IMG/VR virus record: IMGVR_UViG_3300016675_000314
Strand: one strand, 5' to 3'
Length of the DNA stretch: 64,000 nt
Origin: a virus
Shown here: piece after piece, positions 10,101-17,792 of the stretch
How the letters are laid out: every line of letters begins with the position of its first letter
Numbering within the stretch: position 1 is the first letter of the stretch
Notes under the pieces: model-generated
Told to the model about the DNA's origin: nothing
What the model saw: the letters and a program-made list of their open reading frames with translations, nothing else
Databases searched by the model: none
Made by a program: the position numbers and the translations under genes

Positions 10101-11885
10101 GCTAACCCTGATAAAGCTGCTCCTCCTGGAAAATCGCAACACGAGTTTGGCTTAGCTGTAGATATTAATAGCGCTACAGCTGACGAGATGGAAAAACTCG
10201 GTTTAATGCGTAAATACGGCTTTACTAGACCTATCGGAGGCGAGCGATGGCATCTTGAGATGGCGGGTACTCAGCTCGATAGAGCAGGTGCGAAGAACGA
10301 TCCTTCAAAAGCATCTGAACTCATTACTGCTTCCCCTGGTAAAGGAGGTGGTGGTTGGGGTACAAAGCCAGGTGCAGGAATGTATTCTAGAAACGACTGG
10401 CTGGCTAAACAGCTCTATCATAAGGGTAGTGACTCTACCTCGGTTACCGATCAAGAAAAAGCAGGAGAAGCTGTTTCTACGGTCGGCGGCACTGATTTAG
10501 CTAACTTGTCTGAAAGTAATAAACTTCTTAATAAATTAAAAGATAATTCACCAACTGGTAAGACTGGATCATCTAAGATTGAATCAGCTTATAGTGGCGG
10601 AGCTGGTGGCAATACAAATGCTACAAGTGCTCTTAAACCAAACGGTGGTGACGTTATTACTAATAATAGTAACGCTAAGCCGGGACAGGCTAAAGCGTAT
10701 GAAAATACGCCGGCATCTTCCGGTAAAGGATATCAAGCCGTTAAAGGCACTATATCTGAAGCCGCTAAGTTGGTAGGTGTTGATGAAAAGACCATGGTTA
10801 CTAAAGCCGCTTTAGAATCTGGGTTTAACCCTAACGCTAAAGCAGGAACTAGTAGTGCAACAGGTCTTTATCAATTTACTAACGGCACATGGAACGAAAT
10901 GCTTCGCAAGCACGGTAAACGTTATGGTATACCGCAGGGCACGCCGCCCACTGATGCCAGAGCAAACGCTATTCTTGCTGCGCAGTACATGAAGGATAAT
11001 GAGGCTGTTTTATCTAACGCTAGAGGTGGTGGTAAAGTCAATATGACTGACCAATATATGGCTCACTTCTTTGGGCCTGGTGGTGCTTCAAAAATGATTA
11101 AAGCTGATGATAATGCTTTGGCTGCAAACATTTTACCAGCCGCCGCAGAAGCTAATAAGAATATCTTTTACGATAAGAGCGGTAGAGCAAGAACCGTTGC
11201 TGAAGTACGAGCTTTACTTGACGGTAAAATAAATACAGCTCTAAAGAGACACGGTGTTGATGAATCTGAATTTGGCACAACTGACTCTACTGCGGTAGCA
11301 GCTATCGATCAAAAGGATCAGGGGCCGGCTGCTAAATTAGAAACAGCTAACAATACTACTGGTAATAAACCAAGTATTGTTAAAGCTAGTTTTAGTACTG
11401 CGGCTAGATCTCCCGAGCAGCCATCTGTTTCTCCTATGCCGTTACCGGCAAATAGATACACTCCAGAGGCGCAAGCCGCTAAAGAGCGTGAGAAGCAGAG
11501 AATGCAGTTGAGTCAAGCCATTAGACCGGTTACACAGTCAACCAGAACGGTTACACAAGCCAATACTGGTTTTGATATGAACAGACCGCAACCTCAAATG
11601 TCTATTGAAGCTAAAATGTCTTCGGCTACGAATGACATTCTCAATAAACAACTCTCCGTACAAACAGGCATTAAAGACGTGCTCGGTGAGATTTTAGGTA
11701 AGATGGATTTTAGTGATATTAAACAAGCTATTTCTAGTATGGCTAGTGCCGCTAGTGCAAATGCTGGCGCGCCATCTAAGCCAAAGGCTGACGAAACAGG
11801 TAACACACCTGTTCAGCCGGGTACCTCTATAAGGCCAAAAGCTGATAGAGTGGCACCCCCTATTGATTTTAGTAGAATGACCTAA
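4122..11885 (+). CDS. Tape-measure-like tail protein (phiKZ gp181-like) with an M15-type peptidase domain and a C-terminal lytic transglycosylase domain
   Basis: 2587 aa with a Gly/Ala hydrophobic stretch (about 8090-8370). GYRT..EQ...SQHEFGLAVD...ERWH matches the M15 SxHxxGxAxD/ExWH motif (about 9960-10260). ESGFNPNAKAGTSSATGLYQFTNGTW matches SLT motifs (about 10730-11260). Divergent from the gp180-like gene, as in phiKZ. Confidence 0.88.
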   Translation: MANKKLEGDPFFPDDALNLPDFDFGLPEQKDDRSPVTKALKGVKEGAISTFKDSSYIKRLLRQALPPVYGEVENVYNESTEGIKKLYNSASREIKPALNDLTRSVDRLVPAEQKKIKSIIDKINKATKGKKVAEYSDSDRDRQREDNLVIELGNIFTKEAEKSDAIEANKRAEDKVESRIRDSVSLTRHKDTVGILTSISQATQASTRYQEKITAAYQKKSLELQMRGYWLAADAYKAQRADAAKMGAQLEAITKNTALPEFVKLRKNEAWKEQLRNKFISDMNAGLFGKRVNFVRNFFERLSTAATDKAMNLANAFSAGAMGAEMVSSGKDMGENPYTATGKVIGAKTAENLGMKLGNKVREKLDKSPRAAKLFRDANYGVRNLPQLANDFANGGNYEESIIKRIGRAIIGAGIGSLSPDVRVQTDSALNLDPDNAGSLARPVSFTSHTNKSITEIIPGYLARIFREIQVLRTGNNAIGLTTYDLTKNRFLDSAKAAKNALKSIVTEASVSAHNERVTSLMKTLGADKKLTKEEQEKLGEFFTKQNLKGVLLSPEKLMNSNFYKKAGIDRNVASGLFRDYFKSSDGNLQDNYASSKRRDEINSSLSNLGRDFNDSRALVQQMINLGMYSELRELGLLNENNNTINLDKITELYGSAKKFKPSVNGVGGRHMLTTVATSAGKRQSSNNTFNTTNIVGTPPADRSAQLNEAIKTIVGSIDSVVGHIKDQNENQQRLFNKTTSDDAYSLIIKNSSRTNEILESIHGLLNDRLKIVINRLPKLSTGIGDKLSAAGDSLKNKAESVYDKIKAAPGEGLETIKGSAKNIYNKTLGKLVKPVKPVFNFGKNVTKFWWKSTAKPLGEAAVKTAGIAGRVAADTIIQIRDIWIDGEDQPRLTAVKLRAGKYFNAKTGEVLKKIHEIKDGVMDEDRNLVLSKEEVAKAYTRNVKGGIIPVTASLLRGAFDGVMGFNSFMNKHITMPALRAAITIGKATFGFGKDLFDQPTDIYVKGDNEPTLLSVIMKAGGYFSKLTSKPITRPSMIDGPVLNKDGDVVLTEDMLKKGIVDKFGRSVGSPFMNLARFAGAGIRAAFMIGKKTFNAVNDVMGGLFGKGGELIGDFFGKLSNALGGGKSYDVLIQIRDLLDRRLPKSSKILGDHDGDGIKEGSTLDILKKRMKAKEDRQEDDPEALKGGVVNSGRENTIDRVVRLAGEAKDKISSFFGDGDSGVDIDIDGKKSRRDKAKDRLKRMKRNKAKGKLGKALETAKAKGVAIGKKIGETKGYKAASDAAKAAASKASNSSLGSKVLGGLGSAAEAGRSIGGSGLLGKGLKVAGAAGAAYGLYSAYDNATKGNYGSAALDLGLAGLGTATMFGGTGALAGIGSAALAAGGSILAGAGAVLTSPVTLGVLAVGAAGYAGYKLYKHFGSPKMDPLTRLRMAQYGFGSEDKDYIAKVQAFEKEMLQYVSYSDGKAQLSVDDEKASKLITYFDFEAKDRPQLENWLTWVQKRFKPIFLTHLTALKSIGQDSGILLAMDKLDAALQKKYLTLVKFVDGPYDETTSPFADLKLLPAGVALVKFVTSEVEKSIDKLIEDDKVNKNTKLDAGAAAGITTAAAQSKLGLSSQDEINAKAIDKANESRFTKFVKGATESALKIAPVAAAYTATTFAAKTVGRWMGFAVEADEAVRFKTYGLIEMDRLKVIGLRNLEEVVDKDVKFAADGKATWDGSIGKIIDTVKGDFEITGKNTPEGKAFVEWFSNRFMSAYLAYRTFLKQATGKISQSDGEKGLKPEDRLDIATKVASTDVWSKIVSPWMDYRLSTDSSSVKENLQLLKDQSKSSTLNEKKSSNEKPKTGLAAAINKNAEANKPDNSTGINNSNSNPIKTQSAAAVGATTNSSSASVGEDGDSAKANAKVTGGGSATLAGGGTGGMGLSKAAPGPLKDGTGADAALLFYKGARLDGMHPDMLRLFKGMVQEYNELTGKKVQVNDGYRTFAEQEALHKANPDKAAPPGKSQHEFGLAVDINSATADEMEKLGLMRKYGFTRPIGGERWHLEMAGTQLDRAGAKNDPSKASELITASPGKGGGGWGTKPGAGMYSRNDWLAKQLYHKGSDSTSVTDQEKAGEAVSTVGGTDLANLSESNKLLNKLKDNSPTGKTGSSKIESAYSGGAGGNTNATSALKPNGGDVITNNSNAKPGQAKAYENTPASSGKGYQAVKGTISEAAKLVGVDEKTMVTKAALESGFNPNAKAGTSSATGLYQFTNGTWNEMLRKHGKRYGIPQGTPPTDARANAILAAQYMKDNEAVLSNARGGGKVNMTDQYMAHFFGPGGASKMIKADDNALAANILPAAAEANKNIFYDKSGRARTVAEVRALLDGKINTALKRHGVDESEFGTTDSTAVAAIDQKDQGPAAKLETANNTTGNKPSIVKASFSTAARSPEQPSVSPMPLPANRYTPEAQAAKEREKQRMQLSQAIRPVTQSTRTVTQANTGFDMNRPQPQMSIEAKMSSATNDILNKQLSVQTGIKDVLGEILGKMDFSDIKQAISSMASAASANAGAPSKPKADETGNTPVQPGTSIRPKADRVAPPIDFSRMT

Positions 11886-11893
11886 TGTCAATC

Positions 11894-11928
11894 AAAGAGA
11901 CTCGGTGGCAAAACCACCGAGTCTCTTT
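11894..11928 (+). terminator. Intergenic hairpin, 15-bp stem
   Basis: aaagagactcggtgg-caaaa-ccaccgagtctcttt, just after the stop of the tail gene. Confidence 0.7.
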
Positions 11929-11956
11929 ATAATGTGTATAAAAAAGGAAAGCTAAA

Positions 11957-14053
11957 ATGGCTGACGATTTTGATTCTATAAACACAAATTGGGACCCTGA
12001 TTTTGCAATTACTGCAGGAGTGGCTGAAAGAGAAAAGGCCATCTTTTCAAGGACCTCGATGCTCAAAGTGGATTATGATGCTAAACAAGAGTATAGTGAT
12101 AGAGATTGGATTAATGGCTCTTTAATGCGCGGCAGTATTTCTGGAGTACAGCCAGACGGCAGCATTGCAGATTATTTTGACACAATAGATATTAAGAATA
12201 GGTTTTACTCATCAGCACACACTAAGTTTACCGATGCTTCTTTTGGTGGCGACTATGCCATCAATCCGGTACCTCAATTTACTAGATATGCGGACACTCG
12301 TGTAAAAGGTCCAATTGCTAGCAGAGTTGACGTAGACGTGATGAATGGCGACGGCATTAGTTCATTTAAACCAACTGCTGTCTCTCCTGGTCTAGGCATC
12401 TATTACAGTGAAGCTATTCATGATAGCGCTCAACAAATACACATGAGGTTTGGTGTACCTGAATTTAATTCGTTAACAAACTTCTTTACTCATTTTTATA
12501 ATGATCAAGCAGCGCAGTTGGCTAGAACTGGCCGTATAGAACCAGGATTTTTTCAAAAGCTTGGACAAGTAGTCGGCATGGTGGTCAATGTTCTTTTCTG
12601 GCCTCTTTTAATTTTGCATGCTGTTGGTGCTGGTTATAAATTTTTATTTGGTAAACCTGTTAGTCGTTTTTACAATATGAAGCCTACAATGCCTACATAT
12701 TGGAATTGCGTAAACGTAATGGTGAATCAAATTGGGACATATCGTGGTTTGTATCCTGCTAAAATGGCCGGTCAGGAACCTCAAAAGATAGGTTCAGATA
12801 CACCTGACACATCTATTATGAGTGCATTAAATGCCGCAATGCCTGATGTCTTTAGTAAGGAAGGCGGCATTGACGTATACTCTGCAGTTCTGCGTGCGCA
12901 GCGCATGAAACGAGAATACGATAAAACCATGCACGACATACTTAACAGTTCAAGTGATTTTACTGGATTTGTTAAAGAATTCGATAAGGCCAAGTTAGGT
13001 AGCGAGGCACCTGCTATTAAGTTGGGTCCAAAAGACCGTCTCACTAAGTGGATTACCACACAGTGGGGTAAAGGTAACGAAACTGAAAACTTAGAAAAAT
13101 CTTTAAGAATTAGTGAAAAAGGTGCGCCGCCACCAGAACTACCGGGTGACGTTATCGAGTATTTGGAACTATTAAAAGACGACGGCGCTATGTTTGCCAC
13201 GTTTAGAGTAGAGAATACCGGTTCAGTTAGTGAGTCTTTTAGTAATACTGTTGTTGAGTCAGATTTAGCATCTAAATTTAACAGTACAGTAGCTCAAAAT
13301 AAGTCAGCATATTTTACTTTTGCAGGTGGTAACATAACCGACGCATTGGGTGGCATGATTGGCGCAGCTAGAGACTTTATGGGTGGTGTATTAGATAGTT
13401 TTGGAGCTAGTGGTTTAATGTCTCTAGCTGGTAATGCGTTTGTAGATATTCCTAAACATTGGGAAAACTCTATGGCGCAAATGCCTAAATCTAATTACAC
13501 ACTAAAGTTAATATCACCTTACGGTAACACTATATCCCAAATGACAAATATAGTTGTTCCGTTGTGTATGATTTTAGCGGCAGCACTGCCTAAGCAGGCC
13601 GGTAAACAGTCGTATACCTGGCCGTTCTTAGTAGAATACTACGATTCAGGTAGAGCACAGACAAGATTAGGCATTATTGACTCAGTGTCTGTTACTAGAG
13701 GTATCACTAATCTTGGTTTTAATAAAGATAATACCTTTATGTCGGCTGAGGTATCTTTCTCAATCCTTGATCTTTCGTCAGTGGTGAGTATGCCGATTAT
13801 TTCGGCGTTCTCTATTGATCCGAGACAAGGGATTACAGATGATGAGAATTTATTTAGTGACTATATGAACATTCTTGCATCTACTAAGTTACAAGATCAA
13901 GTGTACTTTTTTAATAAGATGCGATTAAGAGTAGCCGATAGAATGAAGCGCTATCAGAATTTATTTAGCGCAGTTAATAAAGCATCCTTTCTTGGTGCTT
14001 TGCCAGGTATTAATCAGCTCGATATCTTCTATAAAGGTACAGAACGAGATTAA
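11957..14053 (+). CDS. Virion tail/baseplate protein (phiKZ gp182-like)
   Basis: 698 aa directly after the gp181-like gene; INPVPQFTRYAD, MRFGVPEFNSL and SAEVSFSILDLS motifs recalled from this family. Confidence 0.65.
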   Translation: MADDFDSINTNWDPDFAITAGVAEREKAIFSRTSMLKVDYDAKQEYSDRDWINGSLMRGSISGVQPDGSIADYFDTIDIKNRFYSSAHTKFTDASFGGDYAINPVPQFTRYADTRVKGPIASRVDVDVMNGDGISSFKPTAVSPGLGIYYSEAIHDSAQQIHMRFGVPEFNSLTNFFTHFYNDQAAQLARTGRIEPGFFQKLGQVVGMVVNVLFWPLLILHAVGAGYKFLFGKPVSRFYNMKPTMPTYWNCVNVMVNQIGTYRGLYPAKMAGQEPQKIGSDTPDTSIMSALNAAMPDVFSKEGGIDVYSAVLRAQRMKREYDKTMHDILNSSSDFTGFVKEFDKAKLGSEAPAIKLGPKDRLTKWITTQWGKGNETENLEKSLRISEKGAPPPELPGDVIEYLELLKDDGAMFATFRVENTGSVSESFSNTVVESDLASKFNSTVAQNKSAYFTFAGGNITDALGGMIGAARDFMGGVLDSFGASGLMSLAGNAFVDIPKHWENSMAQMPKSNYTLKLISPYGNTISQMTNIVVPLCMILAAALPKQAGKQSYTWPFLVEYYDSGRAQTRLGIIDSVSVTRGITNLGFNKDNTFMSAEVSFSILDLSSVVSMPIISAFSIDPRQGITDDENLFSDYMNILASTKLQDQVYFFNKMRLRVADRMKRYQNLFSAVNKASFLGALPGINQLDIFYKGTERD

Positions 14054-14060
14054 GACAAAT

Positions 14061-14097
14061 CATACCACACAGGACAGTATAGTCCTGTGTGGTTATG
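14061..14097. terminator. Hairpin between convergent genes, CATA...TATG flanked
   Basis: cata-ccacacaggac-agtata-gtcctgtgtgg-t-tatg. Confidence 0.7.
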
Positions 14098-14101
14098 TTG
14101 T

Positions 14102-15424
14102 TTATAAAGCGTTAATGCTTCTATTTATTTTAGCGTTTACATTAGTAAACTCTTTTCTAAGAAAAGCCTCTACAGTGGTTTGACCAAAAGAGACCGCTGC
14201 CGCTAAGAAAGCATCATTCTTTCTATTAGATGTCCTGCGCATATAAAGGTCTCTATCGTCAATATCAATGACGCTGCCGTCAGTGTTATACTTGTACCCC
14301 CCGCTATTGTAGTCTCTATCGTGATACGGGCTAGGATTGTAGTAAACATCGTGTTGATTTGTGTATCGCTGGTTACCGTATGGCTCGGGAGTAATGTACA
14401 GAGGTCTTGTTCTAACGTTAGACATCATAGCTTCTTGCATAAAAGCATTTTGACTTATAACGTTAGCATTTAATACCTCTCTATTACCGAATTGAGTCCT
14501 ATTCCAATAAGGGTCAACAATATCAAACGTATCTCTAGCGTTACCGTAATACCTTCCATAATCACTTTGATTAAGATAGGTAGGCCTAGCCATATTACGA
14601 ATAGTGCTGCCAATAATACCTGGATCCACTCTTGAGATTATGTTGCCGACCGGCGATCTAGCTATATCGTTAAGTAGCGGTATATTAGCTCTTTTAATAA
14701 TGTCGGGCACCATCATAGACACAGCTCTAGTAAGAATGGATTTATCCATTTTACCACTAGCTAGTGCACCTGACGCGATTGTACCAAAAGCATTAGGTAT
14801 ACCAATTCGACTGGCAGTCATAGCTGTATTAGCCACTAGTCTTGACATACCGCCAACACTACTAATAGCTGGACCAGCTCCGCCAGCTAACCTACCAATT
14901 ACGTTACTAACTGCGGCAGCTGAAGGTAATGCCACGCCTTTGACTAATTGAGTAGCAACGTCGCCGACCGTAGAGAAAACATCGTCTGCAAAATCAGCAG
15001 CAGCGCACATACTGTCTTTTATTCCTTCACCCATATTGGCGAGGTCAGACAATATATCCGAATCCATATTCGCAAGACCATTGAGATCATTACTCTCGTT
15101 TACAGCGTCTAGTAAATCGTCAACTTCGTTGTTTGGGGCAAGTAAATCACTATTGTCACCAGCCATATCCCAAACATCATCATAGACATCACTGCCGCCG
15201 CCCCCAGAACCACCAGAGCCTCCTGAACCCTCGCCACCGCCACCCTCACCACCACCTCCGCCGCTCTCGCCGTTTAGTCCTTCTAAAACATCTATGGCTT
15301 CGCCGTGTGTTTCTTGATAGCTGTTAACGACCCCAGAACCACTTTGTTCATAAACATCAATAACTGCTAATTTATCATCTGGGCCGGAGATGTATGTTGA
15401 TTTTGCTAACTGAGGTGCAGTCAT
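14102..15424 (-). CDS. Putative virion structural protein with a Gly-rich linker
   Basis: 440 aa with GGAG upstream. The N-terminus SGPDDKLAVIDVY resembles phiKZ-family structural proteins; contains the insert GGGGGEGGGGEGSGGSGGSGGGGS. Confidence 0.5.
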   Translation of the reverse strand: MTAPQLAKSTYISGPDDKLAVIDVYEQSGSGVVNSYQETHGEAIDVLEGLNGESGGGGGEGGGGEGSGGSGGSGGGGSDVYDDVWDMAGDNSDLLAPNNEVDDLLDAVNESNDLNGLANMDSDILSDLANMGEGIKDSMCAAADFADDVFSTVGDVATQLVKGVALPSAAAVSNVIGRLAGGAGPAISSVGGMSRLVANTAMTASRIGIPNAFGTIASGALASGKMDKSILTRAVSMMVPDIIKRANIPLLNDIARSPVGNIISRVDPGIIGSTIRNMARPTYLNQSDYGRYYGNARDTFDIVDPYWNRTQFGNREVLNANVISQNAFMQEAMMSNVRTRPLYITPEPYGNQRYTNQHDVYYNPSPYHDRDYNSGGYKYNTDGSVIDIDDRDLYMRRTSNRKNDAFLAAAVSFGQTTVEAFLRKEFTNVNAKINRSINAL

Positions 15425-15455
15425 TGTTAACTCCTCAAAATAAAAAAGAAAAAGA

Positions 15456-15496
15456 CATATTAGCCGCTAGGGATTTCTCCCTAGCGGCTAGTTATG
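15456..15496. terminator. Hairpin, 13-bp stem, CATA...TATG flanked, U-rich tail on the minus strand
   Basis: cata-t-tagccgctaggga-tttc-tccctagcggcta-gt-tatg. Confidence 0.7.
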
Positions 15497-15571
15497 CTCT
15501 GACCCACTTATAGCGCTCTAAGCAATCAAAGCTAAACTTTCTACATAATTGTAGAAATTTGATTTAACGTC

Positions 15572-16783
15572 TTATTGCGCTTGCGCTTCTTGCGAAACAT
15601 TATCTGTTTCACTACTAGTAGCGGCCTCAGTCTGAATAGATTCTTCAGACACAGCAACAACAGCGTTATCGGCGCTGTTACCTTTATCGCTTTGAGTTGG
15701 AGCCACAATAACTTGACCGTCACTCGTGATAGGCAGCACCTTGGTCAGCTCGGGCTTCCACACCATGTTACCGAAGTTCAGAGCTTGGGCCTCAATAGGA
15801 GTAGAGGCGGCCAGCGCTTCATTGCCGGCATCCACACTAACTGGTGCATCGTTTGTAGTGACCCCTCCTTCAAACGGTTGTGCAAAGTTTTGTTTATTAA
15901 ACTTCTTTTTGAAAGACTTTTTCTTTTTATTAATATTTTCAATTTGTGGTTTATCTTCACCTGTAAAATTTACGTTAAGTTGTGATGCCTCATCTTCAAG
16001 CTGTTTAAGATATTCGTTACGGTCGTTGGGATGCAGCAGGAAACTAAGATTTGGTTTACGGTTTTCCTTAACAGCGTTTCGAAGCTCTTCAAACCCGCTA
16101 ATGAAAGCGTACGAGGTAGAGACACGAATACGTACGCGCCCAGCAGGAGATCCGTCAGGATTACGCGCCGTAATTTGATTGTAGTAGAAATCAAAAGGCA
16201 AATCACTTTGGGCTAGTTTTTCTCGCAATTCAGCATTAGCCTGGATCTTTTGCCAAGTAGCGTTCATTGTGGTGAAAACATAATTAGCAATACGATTTTT
16301 AACTGCGGCGCTATTGCCGTAGTTTTTGTCTAGCCGCTCAGCTTCAGTGCCGGTCAGATAACGGAAACGATCCGATTGTCGTGGGTCACGCATCCATGCG
16401 AGCATGCCGCGAACTGTTTTAAACAAACCAAACTCACGATGTTTAAAAGGACAGATACCGTACGTAGAGAGAAGCCACCCAAGTTCAGTCTCAGCGCAGT
16501 GGTGTACATTAATGTGGTCGATGCCGTCCTTTTTCCAGCTATTGACTACAGGCAGGTCTACAGATGGCGCAGAGCGCTCTTGGCGGTTGCGTTCGTGGTA
16601 CGTTTCTTCAAAACTTTTTCCAAACGAATTTTCGTTATACTGTTTTGTATCGTTGTAGGGTTTTGAACGAAGACCGCCCAAGGCGTCTTCAAATGGGCGA
16701 TTACCAAGTTCGTTGCGACGATTGTCGCTGCGGCGAGCTTGTTTGTTAAAGGGCTTCTTTTGAGTGCTGGTTTCGTTTTGCAT
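15572..16783 (-). CDS. NADAR-like domain protein carrying an in-frame 27-aa major-capsid-derived segment
   Basis: ORF track 15572..16813; probable start MQNETS at 16783. DGIDHINVHH..TELGWLLS..PFKH.EFG.F.TVRG resembles the jumbo-phage DGxDHINxYSxxxTELGRxLSNF (NADAR-related) family. The C-terminal AQALNFGNMVWKPELTKVLPITSDGQV matches the MCP. Confidence 0.55.
   Translation of the reverse strand: MQNETSTQKKPFNKQARRSDNRRNELGNRPFEDALGGLRSKPYNDTKQYNENSFGKSFEETYHERNRQERSAPSVDLPVVNSWKKDGIDHINVHHCAETELGWLLSTYGICPFKHREFGLFKTVRGMLAWMRDPRQSDRFRYLTGTEAERLDKNYGNSAAVKNRIANYVFTTMNATWQKIQANAELREKLAQSDLPFDFYYNQITARNPDGSPAGRVRIRVSTSYAFISGFEELRNAVKENRKPNLSFLLHPNDRNEYLKQLEDEASQLNVNFTGEDKPQIENINKKKKSFKKKFNKQNFAQPFEGGVTTNDAPVSVDAGNEALAASTPIEAQALNFGNMVWKPELTKVLPITSDGQVIVAPTQSDKGNSADNAVVAVSEESIQTEAATSSETDNVSQEAQAQ
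15711..15790 (-). repeat. Direct repeat, copy A of an 80-nt MCP gene segment
   Basis: 73/80 nt identical to 56386-56465 by manual alignment; same strand and same reading frame. Confidence 0.95.
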
Positions 16784-16813
16784 GGTTTTACAGTTTATGT
16801 TAAGAAAAAACAA

Positions 16814-17341
16814 TCAGATATTAATTACAGGTTGTGTATGGTAAACCATAATAGGAACTAGCAAGAACTTATTGGTTTTAACAATATCAACGTAGTTGAA
16901 TTCGTCACTAATTCCGTAAAGAGCGTTCCTTAGAATCTGAGGCAATTCTTGTGGGGCAAGAATAAATCCATCACTTTTACTGTTTGTAGTTACCCAGGAA
17001 AAAAGCATGTTGTGAAGCGCCTCTTCACTATGCGTGTCGTCCGTTATCTCAGTCATGAATCTAATGGTTAGACCAAAGACAAAAGATACTAGCTCGGCAT
17101 CGTTAAAGATGTTTTCTACGACGCTGCTAAGAGATTCAGGTGAACCTAATTTGTATGGTTTAAAAGAATACCAGTCCTGAATGGCCTCTACAATAAACTT
17201 TTTATTAGTTTCAGGTACCAAAATAATTTCATTTTCCAAACATTTAATAAAAATGTTTTTATAATGATCAAATCCAGATACAGAAACATTACTGTACTCG
17301 GTTGTTTGAGTGTATGTGTTGTTACTCATTTGGGTTTTCAC
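16814..17341 (-). CDS. Hypothetical protein
   Basis: 175-aa ORF packed head-to-tail with its neighbours; start may be MSNN at 17329. Confidence 0.6.
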   Translation of the reverse strand: MKTQMSNNTYTQTTEYSNVSVSGFDHYKNIFIKCLENEIILVPETNKKFIVEAIQDWYSFKPYKLGSPESLSSVVENIFNDAELVSFVFGLTIRFMTEITDDTHSEEALHNMLFSWVTTNSKSDGFILAPQELPQILRNALYGISDEFNYVDIVKTNKFLLVPIMVYHTQPVINI

Positions 17342-17768
17342 GATGACTTTGTTTTACAATTGCCGTAGGCACAGGGATTCGTTCACCAAGTCCAATTGTA
17401 ATTGAGCCGGTAAATACTTCACCATTCTTTCTGTGTCCAACAATGTTAATATCCACTTTGTTGAGTTCCAGAAACCGTAGACCTTTAAGAAAGACATTAA
17501 ACGTCATTTCCGATTTAAGAAGCTCCTTTTGTAAGTTACCTCTAGTTGTGGCCATGTCTTTCTTATTTTGTGGGACAGCATTACGCATATCTGTGACGTG
17601 CTTATGCAGCAGCATGTTCCACTCAGCTTGTGTGTCTGCTCCGCACTGGCTAAGTAACTGCCTAAACAGCCTCGCTAGCGGCTCTACACCGGGCTGATCT
17701 GATGTATAATCAGTTTCAGAAATATGTCTCAATTTAGAGACCGAGGTATTCTTACTAGGTAAAGACAT
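17322..17768 (-). CDS. Conserved jumbo-phage hypothetical protein
   Basis: 148 aa with GAGG upstream. LARLFRQLL...RGNLQKEL...MTFNVFLKGLRFL resembles a recalled phiKZ-family motif. Confidence 0.6.
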   Translation of the reverse strand: MSLPSKNTSVSKLRHISETDYTSDQPGVEPLARLFRQLLSQCGADTQAEWNMLLHKHVTDMRNAVPQNKKDMATTRGNLQKELLKSEMTFNVFLKGLRFLELNKVDINIVGHRKNGEVFTGSITIGLGERIPVPTAIVKQSHRENPNE

Positions 17769-17792
17769 TAGTAGTCCCTCAAAAACAAATAT

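Noticed and set aside
4346-11891. Numerous 60-135 aa ORFs antisense or out of frame within the tail gene (and similar ones inside other long genes)
   Set aside because: Shadow ORFs with Ser/Leu-rich composition, no RBS and no motifs.
15711-15790. The MCP repeat pair as a DGR template/variable repeat
   Set aside because: The 7 mismatches are not adenine-specific on either strand, and no reverse transcriptase is present in the window.
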